A stretch of 64,000 nucleotides of DNA from Candidatus Lloydbacteria bacterium RIFCSPHIGHO2_02_FULL_50_18 (GTDB lineage: Bacteria; Patescibacteriota; Minisyncoccia; Phycocordibacterales; UBA6899), in assembly GCA_001821395.1 (NCBI GenBank), contig MHLM01000004.1:64001-128000 (forward strand), read 5' to 3'. This document shows positions 1-9,205 of the stretch, one piece after another. Each line of letters opens with the position of its first letter. The stretch's first letter is position 1. Below the pieces are notes generated by a model that was not told the DNA's origin, ran no database searches, and saw only the letters and a list, made by a program, of their open reading frames with translations. A program made the translations under genes and the position numbers.

Positions 1-582
1 GACAAAAAGCTTGCGACGGAAGCAGTACTCATTGAGTACGCACTTAATCACGAAAGAGCTTTTCGCTACAGCCAGTCGGGAGCGAATGCTATTGGACCCC
101 TGCAGTTCACGGACGGTGGCGGCAACGGAACTTATAGCGCGATGGTAAGGGGGTATCCCGGTGCGAATATTCACCCTCAATTTCAAGAGGGTGCACGTGA
201 CCTGCATAATGTCCTGAAGGCAGCGATTGCCTTGATCGATCATGAGGTCATGCAATTTCCTCAAATTCAGGGATTGTTTCAGGAAAACCCAAGGCTCGGG
301 GGAGCGTTTCCTGTCGCTGCATACAATGGTGGTCCCGCTTCAGCGAAGGCACTTTATGCATGGTTCAAGAGGCGCGGTATCAGCGTCCTTCATGAGGAGG
401 TAGCACTTCCGTCGTCGCTTGCGATGAAGCGTACCCAAAAGTGCCCGTGCAAAAAAGTAATCGTAAAGGGAAAAAAGAAGCGCACCGTCGAGCATATCGT
501 GGTCAACGTGCGAAACTCGGAGACACCGGGGTACGTGATGAAGTATTTTTATCTATTGAACTATCTCGCCGATAGGGAGTGA
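1..582 (+). CDS. Lytic transglycosylase (SLT-like) domain protein, C-terminal fragment; the frame is open from window position 1
   Basis: Frame 1 is open from nt 1. GPLQF and AAYNGGP motifs resemble the SLT catalytic region. The tail is Lys-rich. Confidence 0.4.
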   Translation, partial: DKKLATEAVLIEYALNHERAFRYSQSGANAIGPLQFTDGGGNGTYSAMVRGYPGANIHPQFQEGARDLHNVLKAAIALIDHEVMQFPQIQGLFQENPRLGGAFPVAAYNGGPASAKALYAWFKRRGISVLHEEVALPSSLAMKRTQKCPCKKVIVKGKKKRTVEHIVVNVRNSETPGYVMKYFYLLNYLADRE

Positions 583-587
583 GCATA

Positions 588-615
588 ACAAAACCCGCAA
601 GGAAACTTGCGGGTT
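588..615. terminator. Bidirectional rho-independent terminator between convergent genes
   Basis: Hairpin ACCCGCAAG-gaaa-CTTGCGGGT with T/A-rich flanks on both strands. Confidence 0.5.
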
Positions 616-619
616 ATTT

Positions 620-1297
620 TCATATAGGAAACAGCTCGGGTCTGTCGGTGAAGATGCGTTCCGCTCCCCAATCGTGAACGCGTCGCGCGACGGAAAGGTC
701 ATTCACGGTAAAGACAAAGACGTGCAGACCGAGTTTCCGGGCTTGCTTCATGAAGAGGGAGCCGTACTGCATATCCATGTCGGCATTCATCCATTCAACG
801 TGGAGATTGTCGATCCCATTCCGGGCGAGCATCGTGATATATCGCGGAAGCGGGATAGCATCCATGATCGCCGCGACGCATATCTCCGGAAAATGTTTTT
901 TGATAAGGACTGCAGTCGGATGGTGAAATGTCGAGAGCATGAACTGTTCCGGCCTCCATCCGTCGTATTCAATGTACCAGCGTACTAGCTCAAGCACTTG
1001 TTTCCAGATGATCGGATCCTTTATCTCGATATTCACGTCGCATCGTGCGTTCACGGCATCGAGCACGTCAACGATCGTTGGAGTCTCCCCGCAAGAGGCG
1101 GCATCATGAGCGATGATGGGGAAATGCGCTTTTCCGAGGGGGTTCCGTCGCGCATCGAACTCGACCATGGTCGCCTTCTCGTCGATCGCACTGCGAAATG
1201 CTTGGAGCGAATTTTCAGAAACAATGACGGAATTGTCATCCCGTGTGACGTTTCCATGACGCCCACGATGATAGATCAGGTTGTCGTGCAGGAACAT
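620..1297 (-). CDS. Glycerophosphodiester phosphodiesterase family protein
   Basis: N-terminal HRG...ENSLQAF and the E/D catalytic residues are typical of GP-PDE. 225 aa. Confidence 0.7.
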   Translation of the reverse strand: MFLHDNLIYHRGRHGNVTRDDNSVIVSENSLQAFRSAIDEKATMVEFDARRNPLGKAHFPIIAHDAASCGETPTIVDVLDAVNARCDVNIEIKDPIIWKQVLELVRWYIEYDGWRPEQFMLSTFHHPTAVLIKKHFPEICVAAIMDAIPLPRYITMLARNGIDNLHVEWMNADMDMQYGSLFMKQARKLGLHVFVFTVNDLSVARRVHDWGAERIFTDRPELFPI

Positions 1298-1338
1298 GCG
1301 TCGCTCCTTTTTCTTGTCTGTGCCTATTCAACCCGTGT

Positions 1339-2280
1339 TTGCGTATTGAGTCAATGAGCGCGGAATTCCTCCGCTTTGCTATACTGTTTATTATGATCGA
1401 ACAAGAAGAACCGAATGCCAAGCGCATTAAAGAATTGGAGGACGCCATGCAAGCGGCTGATTTTTGGGTGAATAAAGAGAAGGCGCAGGCGGAGATCCGT
1501 GAGTTGCAGGAATTGAAGAATGTTGCCGAGGGAGGAGGAAGATATGACAAGGCCAATGCAATCATCACCATCTTCTCCGGTGCCGGAGGAGATGACTCTG
1601 AAGATTTCTCCGCTATGCTTGTGCGGATGTATTTCAAGTATTGTGAGCGGAGAGGGTGGGGCTATGAGGTCCTGCATGAGAACGAGAACGATCATGGCGG
1701 GTATCGCAATATCACCTTTGAGGTGAGGGGGAGCGCCTCATACGGAGAGCTGAAGAACGAGTCCGGCGTGCATCGTCTTGTGCGTATCTCACCGTTCAAC
1801 GCGAATGCGAAGCGTCACACGTCGTTCTCGATGGTTGAGGTGATCCCGAAATTCAAGAAAGGGGAGATCGAGGCACTTCCTGAGGGCGAAGTGCGTTTTG
1901 AATATTCGCGCTCGGGCGGTGCGGGTGGACAGAATGTGAACAAGCGCGAGACCGCGGTGCGCGCGATACATGAGCCGACGGGGCTTGCTGTGCACTGTTC
2001 GACGGGGCGTTCCCAGTTACATAATCGTGAAATGGCTCTTGAATTGCTGACGGCAAAAGTATTTCACTTACGTGAGTCACTCACCAATGCGGAAAAGGAG
2101 AAGATGTATGTCTCGAAAACGACAAAAGTCGAATGGGGAAATCAGATACGTTCGTACGTCCTCCATCCGTACAAAATGGTGAAGGATCATCGTACCGATG
2201 TGGAGACGTCAAAGGTCGACGCCGTCCTCGAAGACGGTGAGATCGACGAGTTCATCAAAGCAGAGAGGGATCTCAAGTAA
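1339..2280 (+). CDS. prfB: Peptide chain release factor 2, N-terminally short form
   Basis: The SPF tripeptide specifies RF2 and the GGQ motif (RSGGAGGQNVNK) is present. The start is ambiguous (TTG 1339, ATG 1354 or ATG 1393). Only about 40 nt separate it from the upstream divergent gene, so there is no room for the usual N-terminal domain or frameshift leader. Confidence 0.85.
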   Translation: MRIESMSAEFLRFAILFIMIEQEEPNAKRIKELEDAMQAADFWVNKEKAQAEIRELQELKNVAEGGGRYDKANAIITIFSGAGGDDSEDFSAMLVRMYFKYCERRGWGYEVLHENENDHGGYRNITFEVRGSASYGELKNESGVHRLVRISPFNANAKRHTSFSMVEVIPKFKKGEIEALPEGEVRFEYSRSGGAGGQNVNKRETAVRAIHEPTGLAVHCSTGRSQLHNREMALELLTAKVFHLRESLTNAEKEKMYVSKTTKVEWGNQIRSYVLHPYKMVKDHRTDVETSKVDAVLEDGEIDEFIKAERDLK

Positions 2281-2377
2281 AAGGTGTTAAACCCCGGGGC
2301 AAGCCCTGGACTCGCAATCTGCTCGCAAAGCCTCGCGCGAGTCCGCGGCAGAGCCGCGGGGTATTAAACCTTTTTAG

Positions 2378-2445
2378 CTCTCCTCGGCACCACGGAGAGT
2401 ACTTCCATTTTTCTAAGTGGATGACCACTAAGAAAAATTGGTCGC
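2378..2445 (+). repeat. Repeat family R1, copy 1 (about 68 bp, contains a 14-bp hairpin ATTTTTCTAAGTGG/CCACTAAGAAAAAT)
   Basis: About 85% identical to 61781..61843, and in reverse orientation to 13304..13373. Confidence 0.7.
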
Positions 2446-2638
2446 TCGGAAATGAAAAAGAAGATTTTTTCATTTCGCTCGCTCTACGTCGGCAATAAAA
2501 AAGCGCTATCGTCTCTTCCGTTGTTTGAGTTATTTTGTCTACCTAGGAACTTTTTCGTGAGTGTTCTTCTTCGGCAAATTCATTTATCGGTGAAGCAGGA
2601 TCCGGGACTCCTAGAAACTCGAATGGCATTACTGTATA

Positions 2639-3325
2639 ATGTCGCTAATGATCTATTTCGATAATGTGACGAAACTATACTCTGACCACGCCGCGGTGTC
2701 GGACGTTACCTTTGGCATTGAGTCGGGGGAATTCCTCTCGATTGTAGGGCATTCGGGTGCCGGGAAAACGTCGCTGTTGCGCCTTCTTTTGGTAGAAGAT
2801 AGGCCGACGTCAGGTGCCGTTTTTTTTGAAAAAACCGATATCCATCGTATCAAGGCCGCTCATGTGCCGGAATATCGCAGACGCATCGGTACTGTTTTTC
2901 AGGATTTTCGGCTGTTTCCCAATAAGACTGCGTATGAGAATATTGCGTTCGCACTTGAGGCTGCCGGACGTACCGATGAGGAGATCCGCTCCGATGTTCC
3001 GCAGGTGCTCGAGCTTGTCGATCTTGCGTCAAAAGCGCTGCATTTTCCGCACGAGCTCTCCGGAGGGGAGAAGCAACGTGTCGCCATCGCGCGTGCTATC
3101 ATTTCGCAACCCGATGTACTGATCGCCGACGAGCCGACGGGAAATCTCGACCCGGTGAATACCTACGACATCATTCAGATATTGAAGAAGATCAATGACA
3201 TGGGAACAACGATCATTTTGACGACGCACAACAAGGGGATCATCGACGCGCTGAAGAAGCGGGTGGTGACGATGGAGAATGGGAAGGTTATACGTGACGA
3301 TGCTCACGGCAAATATATTCTCTAA
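2639..3325 (+). CDS. ftsE: Cell division ATP-binding protein FtsE
   Basis: Walker A GHSGAGKT, LSGGEKQR signature and Walker B IADEPTGNLD. Lies immediately upstream of an FtsX-like permease. Confidence 0.85.
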   Translation: MSLMIYFDNVTKLYSDHAAVSDVTFGIESGEFLSIVGHSGAGKTSLLRLLLVEDRPTSGAVFFEKTDIHRIKAAHVPEYRRRIGTVFQDFRLFPNKTAYENIAFALEAAGRTDEEIRSDVPQVLELVDLASKALHFPHELSGGEKQRVAIARAIISQPDVLIADEPTGNLDPVNTYDIIQILKKINDMGTTIILTTHNKGIIDALKKRVVTMENGKVIRDDAHGKYIL

Positions 3326-3444
3326 TATTTTCGCGCCTCACTTTGTTGTAAGGCAGCGCACTTATGCCCCAGCGACTCGGTCAACATATATGAATATGTC
3401 TTCCTTGTCGCTTTCCCCGCGCCTCGTGATGCATCGAAAATATT
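3324..3444. repeat. Repeat family R2 copy 1 (core 3366..3428) bounded by a perfect 10-bp inverted repeat AATATTTTCG/CGAAAATATT
   Basis: The core is about 85% identical to 37514..37580. The flanking inverted repeat is specific to this locus. Confidence 0.6.
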
Positions 3445-3695
3445 CGAGAATATTTCCTGCATGGCTTCGCTCTTTATCCAAAATCTTAAAGAATGATACA
3501 TAGAACTTCAACCAACACTGACACTAGAGGACGCGTTGCGCCTCGTGATGTGACCAATTTTTCTCAGCGGTACTCCGCTTTAGAAAAATGAAATGCCCTC
3601 TGTGGTACATCAAAAATATTTCGGCCGGCATATTGACATAATCAGTTATTTTCATAGGATGAGTATTGGAAGAGTTTGAAAAGGAGAATTGACCA

Positions 3696-3895
3696 TGAAA
3701 CTGAAGCAGGGTTCGGTAAGGCGTGCATGCGCTCTTTTTGCGACTTTTTGTGCCGCAGTGGCAATGACCGGACTTATCATTTGGGGTTTAGACTTGCTGG
3801 TGGTGAAGGCCGTCGAGATCGCTCCGACATTCATTCCGGTCGAGCTCTATCCTCCGCATCATGCTTGTGTTGACATCATTCCTCTATGCCCTTAG
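3696..3895 (+). CDS. Small hydrophobic hypothetical protein (66 aa)
   Basis: An AAGGAGA ribosome-binding site lies 7 nt upstream of ATG 3696. One predicted TM segment. No homology recognised. Confidence 0.3.
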
Positions 3896-4307
3896 ACTCG
3901 TTAAAGGAACTGTTCTCGGACCGAACCAGAAGGGGAGGATAATCCTCGACAGGGTAAACCGACAGAGGGAAACGAAAAGATCTCAAGCGGCATGCTCGCG
4001 TGGATGCACGCGTAATGCCAAGGGCTTAGCCGTAACGGGGCGCGCCAGCACCTGACATCCCGTAGGGGACGAGGGTTTGAGAGATCAGCCATAAAACGGG
4101 TGCCTTATCATCCGTGGCAAATCGCCGGAGAATAGTTCTGCCATTTCAAACGTCGCATACTCGTGCGGCGTTTTTTCTTTTCCGAGGACCACCCAAACAT
4201 GGTGAATTTCTTTATTTCGGGATTCTCGTGATTCGGTCGCCATGCATGAGTGAATGGCCTCACCTGTCCACTTCGCTTTTCTGGTCAATTCATGCGAAAA
4301 TACCCTC

Positions 4308-5240
4308 ATGGGAATGTTCACTAGTACGCGCCGCATCGTGAGAGCGGGATTCATTAATTTCTGGAGGAATGCTGTTGTCTCCTTATCGGCCATCTTTGTC
4401 ATGAGCATCGCGCTCTTTGTGGTTGGTTCCACGATCCTTTTTTCAAACTTTCTTGATTCAACCCTAGAGGAGATCAAGAACAAGGTTGATGTGAACGTAT
4501 ATTTTAATCCTGACGCGCAGGAATCCGATATCTTTTTGATGAAGCGCTCTCTCGAAGAGCTTCCGGAGGTCAAGTCGATAGAATATATTTCTCGCGATCA
4601 GGCAATCGCGAATTTCAAAGCACGTCACAGTAATGACTACCTTATGACTCAGGCACTCGATGAGCTGATCGATAATCCACTCGGGGCAATTTTGAACATC
4701 AAGGCGAAAGACACGTCTCAATATGAAGCGATCGCCAAGCGCATCAAGAGCGATCAGGAGACGGCCGGTCCCGGAGGGAATCTGATCTATAGTGTTAATT
4801 TCAGCAAGAACAAAGTGGTCATCGACAAATTGACCGATATCACGAATGGGGTTGAAAAAGTATCTTTTGCCATACTGCTCGTACTGATCGCAATCGCGAT
4901 CGTGATCACCTTCAATACAATCCGCTTGGCGATCTATGTTTCCCGCGAAGAGATCGCTATCATGCGTCTCGTCGGGGCCAATAATTCGTTCGTGCGAGGA
5001 CCGTTCATCGTCGAGGGCATCATGTACGGCATGGTTGCGGCGATCGTTGCGACCGCACTGCTTTATCCGGTGACACATTGGCTTCGTGATGCGACACAGA
5101 ATTTCTATGGCGGAGTCGACTTCTTCTTCTCCTATTACATCAATCATCTCAATCAGATCTTCGCCATTTTGCTGGTTGGCGGAGTGTTCCTAGGCGCAGT
5201 TTCATCGTTCCTTGCGGTGCGGAGATACTTAAAAGTTTAA
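4308..5240 (+). CDS. ftsX: Cell division protein FtsX (permease-like)
   Basis: TM1, an extracellular loop of about 130 aa, then three C-terminal TMs with an MRLVGA...PFIVEG motif. The start is ambiguous (4254, 4308 or 4314). Confidence 0.8.
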   Translation: MGMFTSTRRIVRAGFINFWRNAVVSLSAIFVMSIALFVVGSTILFSNFLDSTLEEIKNKVDVNVYFNPDAQESDIFLMKRSLEELPEVKSIEYISRDQAIANFKARHSNDYLMTQALDELIDNPLGAILNIKAKDTSQYEAIAKRIKSDQETAGPGGNLIYSVNFSKNKVVIDKLTDITNGVEKVSFAILLVLIAIAIVITFNTIRLAIYVSREEIAIMRLVGANNSFVRGPFIVEGIMYGMVAAIVATALLYPVTHWLRDATQNFYGGVDFFFSYYINHLNQIFAILLVGGVFLGAVSSFLAVRRYLKV

Positions 5241-5243
5241 TCA

Positions 5244-5268
5244 AAGCGGGACCTCCCGCTTTTTTAAT
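5244..5268 (+). terminator. Rho-independent terminator after ftsX
   Basis: Hairpin AAGCGGGA-cctc-CCGCTT followed by TTTTTT. Confidence 0.6.
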
Positions 5269-6933
5269 ATGGCAAAAGCGCACAAGTACATTTTCGTTGC
5301 AGGTGGGGTCATGAGCGGGGTGGGAAAGGGTGTCGCAACGTCTTCGATCGCACTTTTGCTTCAGGCGCGCGGGTTCAAGATCTCGCCCATAAAGATCGAT
5401 CCGTATCTGAACGTCGACGCGGGCACGATGAATCCCACTGAACACGGCGAAGTATTTGTCCTCAAGAGCGGACTCGAGACCGATCAAGACATGGGTTCCT
5501 ACGAACGTTTCTTGGGCAGAGACCTGAATACCGAGAACTATATGACGGGAGGACTCATTTACAAAACCGTTATCGACCGCGAGCGTGCACTCGGCTATGG
5601 AGGCCGCTGCGTTGAGCCGGTGCCGCACATCCCCGAAGAGGTGATCCGTCGTATTAAGGACGCAGGGGAGAAGGATAAGTCGGATATTACGATCGTTGAG
5701 ATCGGCGGCACGCTTGGAGAATATCAGAGCGTCATGTTCATCGAGGCGGCACGCACCTTGAAAATGGCGAATCCCGATGATGTGCTCTTTGTGCTTGTAA
5801 CCTATCTTCCTGTACCCGGCAAGCTGGGTGAAATGAAGACGAAGCCGACGCAGTATGCGGTACGCACAATGAATTCATACGGGGTGCAGCCGGATATCAT
5901 CATTGCCCGCGGTGAGGTGCCCGTTGATATGAAGCGTAAAGAGAAGATCGCGTCATCGTCGGGGATGCGCGTCGAGCAGGTCATTTCCGCGCCGGATGTC
6001 GATAGTGTGTATGATGTGCCGCTCAATTTTGAGGCGGATAATATCGCGACGATCGTCATGAAATTACTCAAGCTGAAGTCAAAGAAACCCGTCGATCTCG
6101 CTCCGTGGAAAGGCTTTGTGCGGAAGACAAAGAACACGAAGGGCGAAGTGCGTATCGGGATGGTGGGGAAATATTTTGCAACAGGCGATTTCGTTCTTGC
6201 CGACTCTTACCTCTCGGTCATTGAAGCGCTCAAGTATGCGGCATTTCATGCGGGAAAGAGGCCGGTCATCGACTGGATCGCTGCAACGGATTTTGAGGGA
6301 ACAAACGCGGCGAAGAATTGTGCAAAGCTTGCGCAGTATGACGGCATCGTTGTACCGGGAGGATTCGGCGCACGCGGTATTGAGGGTAAATTGAACGTCA
6401 TAAAATACGTGCGCACGCACAAGATCCCGTATTTCGGGCTTTGCTACGGTATGCAGCTTATGGTCGCAGAGTATGCGAGGAATGTCCTCGGACTGAAGGG
6501 GGCCATCACTACCGAGATCGATCCGAAGACGAAGTACCCCGTGGTCGCGGTCATGCCGGATCAGCAGGTGAAGCTCGATGCAGGTGACTATGGCGGCTCC
6601 ATGCGTCTCGGCTCGTACCCCGCTTATCTCAAGGAAGGAACCGTTGCACGCGGTGCATACAAAGCGGAGATGGTTCACGAGCGTCATCGTCATCGCTATG
6701 AAGTGAATCCGGAATACGTTGCTGCAATCGAAAAAGCAGGACTTGTTTTCTCGGGTATTTCGCCTGATGAAAAGTTGATGGAGATCGCCGAGCTTCCGAA
6801 GTTGAAGCATCCGTTCTTCCTTGGTACGCAATTCCACCCCGAGTTCACCGCACGACCGCTCACGTCACATCCGCTTTTTGATGCATTCATCAAGGCCTGC
6901 GTAAGCAGTCGGGCGACAAGCAAGAAGAAATAA
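5269..6933 (+). CDS. pyrG: CTP synthase
   Basis: N-terminal synthetase domain KYIFVAGGVMSGVGKG and C-terminal glutamine amidotransferase with GLCYGMQ. 554 aa. Confidence 0.95.
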   Translation: MAKAHKYIFVAGGVMSGVGKGVATSSIALLLQARGFKISPIKIDPYLNVDAGTMNPTEHGEVFVLKSGLETDQDMGSYERFLGRDLNTENYMTGGLIYKTVIDRERALGYGGRCVEPVPHIPEEVIRRIKDAGEKDKSDITIVEIGGTLGEYQSVMFIEAARTLKMANPDDVLFVLVTYLPVPGKLGEMKTKPTQYAVRTMNSYGVQPDIIIARGEVPVDMKRKEKIASSSGMRVEQVISAPDVDSVYDVPLNFEADNIATIVMKLLKLKSKKPVDLAPWKGFVRKTKNTKGEVRIGMVGKYFATGDFVLADSYLSVIEALKYAAFHAGKRPVIDWIAATDFEGTNAAKNCAKLAQYDGIVVPGGFGARGIEGKLNVIKYVRTHKIPYFGLCYGMQLMVAEYARNVLGLKGAITTEIDPKTKYPVVAVMPDQQVKLDAGDYGGSMRLGSYPAYLKEGTVARGAYKAEMVHERHRHRYEVNPEYVAAIEKAGLVFSGISPDEKLMEIAELPKLKHPFFLGTQFHPEFTARPLTSHPLFDAFIKACVSSRATSKKK

Positions 6934-6934
6934 T

Positions 6935-7207
6935 ATGGCGCAAATAGTAAAAAAAATTCTCACTGAACATTTTGATCTCGTCGCAAATGGGAAGAAGAGA
7001 TACGAATTACGTTTGGGTGATTTTATCGCAAATGAAGGAGATGAATTGGTGCTGCAAGAATGGGATTCGAAGAGCGGGTCATATACGGGACGCGCAGTGA
7101 CGAAAAAAATAAATTTCGTTCGCAAGTTCTCACTTGAGGAGCTCTATCAGTTTTGGCCAAAAAAAGAGATCGAACAATACGGCATACAGATCCTTCAGCT
7201 TGATTGA
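6935..7207 (+). CDS. DUF3850 (ASCH/PUA-like) domain protein
   Basis: 90 aa with FDLVANGKKRYELRLGDF...LVLQEWD, typical of DUF3850. Confidence 0.55.
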   Translation: MAQIVKKILTEHFDLVANGKKRYELRLGDFIANEGDELVLQEWDSKSGSYTGRAVTKKINFVRKFSLEELYQFWPKKEIEQYGIQILQLD

Positions 7208-7234
7208 GTCCGCGAAAGCAGGTACGCTTGTGCA

Positions 7235-9130
7235 ATGATTCAAGAGACCGCTCTTACTATTATGAAAACGGGGGCGAATGTATTCCTCACGGGGGAGCCC
7301 GGGAGCGGTAAAACGCATACCGTAAACGCATATATCCGCTACCTCCGCGAGCACAACGTCAATCCTTCGATCACTGCTTCAACGGGTATCGCCGCGACGC
7401 ACGTCGGCGGGATGACCATTCATTCATGGAGCGGTATCGGCATCAAGCGTGCGCTCACCGAATATGACCTCGATGCGCTGTCCTCGAACGAAGGACTTGT
7501 GAAGCGTATCGCCAATGCAAAGGTGCTTATCATCGATGAGATATCGATGCTCGACGGCAACACGCTGGTCATGGTGGAGGCGGTCACGCGAACGCTTCGT
7601 CGCAAGCACGAGCCTTTCGGCGGACTGCAGATAATTTTCGTCGGCGATTTCTTTCAGCTGCCTCCCATCGCGGACCGGGCAAGCGGTGTTCGTGCGCAGT
7701 TTTGTTTCGAATCAACAGCATGGCGAGTGGCGAATCCCATAGTGTGCTATCTCTCCGAGCAGCACCGTCAGGAAGACACCGCGTTTCTCTCTACGCTTGG
7801 CGCCATTCGCCGCGGAGAGCTCGAGGATAGCGTCTTTGAATATATCGGCGAGAGGCACGTGCTCCCAGGTGAGCATCCACACGACATTCCGCAGCTCTAT
7901 ACGCACAACATTGATGTCGACAAAAAGAATACGGAAGAGCTCGCAAAACTTGAAACGGAAGAAAAGGTCTTTCTCATGAGCACGAAGGGGACGAGCAATC
8001 GCGTGGAGCAGCTGATCAAGGGCTGTCTTTCACCCGAGGAACTGGTGTTGAAAGAAGGCGCATCGGTGATGTTCACCAAAAATAATTTTGAAAACGGCTA
8101 TGTGAACGGCACATTGGGGACGGTGGTGGGATTCGACGAGGACAATGGTTTTCCAATTGTTGAAACATCGGGCGGAGAAAATATTACCGCGCTTCCTTCC
8201 GAATGGGCCGTTGATGATTCTGGGAAAGTGCTCGCCACCATCACTCAGGTACCGCTCCGACTCGCGTGGGCTATTACCGTGCACAAGAGCCAGGGGATGA
8301 GCCTTGATGCCGCGACGATGGATCTCTCGCGCGCATTTGAATACGGGCAAGGGTATGTGGCACTCTCTCGTGTACGCGCATTCTCGGGATTGCACATCCT
8401 CGGCATCAATCAGCGCGCATTCGAGGTGCACCCTCTTGTGCTTGAGCGCGACCTCGCGTTTCACGAGCGTTCGGATGAAGCGGAGGCGGGGTTTCTCGAC
8501 ATGTCGGACGCCGACCTCCGGAAGTTACACGAGAACTTTTTACTCGCCATTGGAGGGAATCTGGCGAAAAAAGAAATCATTGCCAAGGCATTCGGTGTTC
8601 CAAAACTGAGTACGTATGAAGAAACGCTCGCGCTCCTCAGCCCCGGGATGACGCTCGCCGCGATTGCCAAGCGTCGGGACGTGACCGAGGGGACGATCGT
8701 GGGCCATATCGAAGAACTCGCGCTACTCGGAAAGCTCCCGTCGATAGACATCGCCGCCTTTGCCGAGCTTCCTGCGTCGGTGGTGAAGGAGATAACGCAA
8801 ACGATCGAGACGATCGGAGGAGAATTTCTCAAGCCGCTCTACCTTGAATTGGATGAACGTTATTCTTATGAAACGATCCGTCTTGTTCGATTCGGAGCGG
8901 GCATTGCTCCGAAGCAAAAAGACGCCGTCGTTGCGAAAAAAGAAAAGGTAAAAAAGGTGTCACATGAAAAACCCGCAAAGCTCGGAGCGAAGTGGGGAAA
9001 GGAAGAGGAAGAACGACTCACAAAAATGTTCAAAGAGGGAAAGAAGACGAAGGACATCGCACAGACACTTGAACGGCAGTCGGGGGGTATCCGTGCTCGT
9101 TTGAAGAAGCTGGGGCTGATAAAAAAATAG
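7235..9130 (+). CDS. PIF1/RecD-family ATP-dependent DNA helicase with C-terminal HTH-like domains
   Basis: Walker A GEPGSGKT, Walker B LIIDEISM, the QLPPI motif and VHKSQG. The C-terminal roughly 190 aa carry HTH-like segments. Confidence 0.75.
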   Translation: MIQETALTIMKTGANVFLTGEPGSGKTHTVNAYIRYLREHNVNPSITASTGIAATHVGGMTIHSWSGIGIKRALTEYDLDALSSNEGLVKRIANAKVLIIDEISMLDGNTLVMVEAVTRTLRRKHEPFGGLQIIFVGDFFQLPPIADRASGVRAQFCFESTAWRVANPIVCYLSEQHRQEDTAFLSTLGAIRRGELEDSVFEYIGERHVLPGEHPHDIPQLYTHNIDVDKKNTEELAKLETEEKVFLMSTKGTSNRVEQLIKGCLSPEELVLKEGASVMFTKNNFENGYVNGTLGTVVGFDEDNGFPIVETSGGENITALPSEWAVDDSGKVLATITQVPLRLAWAITVHKSQGMSLDAATMDLSRAFEYGQGYVALSRVRAFSGLHILGINQRAFEVHPLVLERDLAFHERSDEAEAGFLDMSDADLRKLHENFLLAIGGNLAKKEIIAKAFGVPKLSTYEETLALLSPGMTLAAIAKRRDVTEGTIVGHIEELALLGKLPSIDIAAFAELPASVVKEITQTIETIGGEFLKPLYLELDERYSYETIRLVRFGAGIAPKQKDAVVAKKEKVKKVSHEKPAKLGAKWGKEEEERLTKMFKEGKKTKDIAQTLERQSGGIRARLKKLGLIKK

Positions 9131-9184
9131 ACAAAAATTTGAAAGCGAGAGGTATTTGACAAGTGCGATAAACTACTGCAGGAT
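9070..9184 (+). repeat. 115-bp direct repeat, copy A (last 61 nt of the helicase CDS plus the downstream TTGACA-containing region)
   Basis: About 90% identical to 10906..11020. Contains TTGACA at 9156..9161. Confidence 0.8.
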
Positions 9185-9205
9185 TGACGGTAGACATACA
9201 TTTCA

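Noticed and set aside
674-1357. Plus and minus ORFs (674..988, 787..972, 998..1357, 1051..1266) overlapping the GDPD gene.
   Set aside because: They are shadow ORFs inside a well-supported 225-aa GDPD gene and have no motifs.
1298-1400. Possible RF2 programmed-frameshift site.
   Set aside because: I looked for a short leader frame ending CTT TGA C with an upstream Shine-Dalgarno sequence. None is present, and the intergenic space is only about 40 nt.
3900-4250. The GC-rich structured stretch as a known RNA (RNase P, SRP/4.5S, tmRNA, or a TPP or cobalamin riboswitch).
   Set aside because: None of the diagnostic conserved motifs of these families could be found by eye. It is left as unassigned structured or remnant sequence.
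4085-5147. Minus-strand ORFs 4085..4573 and 4464..5147 opposite ftsX.
   Set aside because: They are antisense to an FtsX gene with clear family motifs and are typical high-GC shadow frames.
6079-6837. A 252-aa minus-strand ORF inside pyrG.
   Set aside because: It is antisense to an unambiguous CTP synthase.
9156-9184. TTGACA-17 nt-CAGGAT as a sigma-70 promoter in both repeat copies.
   Set aside because: The -35 box is perfect but the -10 box is weak, and an alternative -10 (TAAACT) has the wrong spacing. It is kept only as a putative regulatory region inside the repeat feature.
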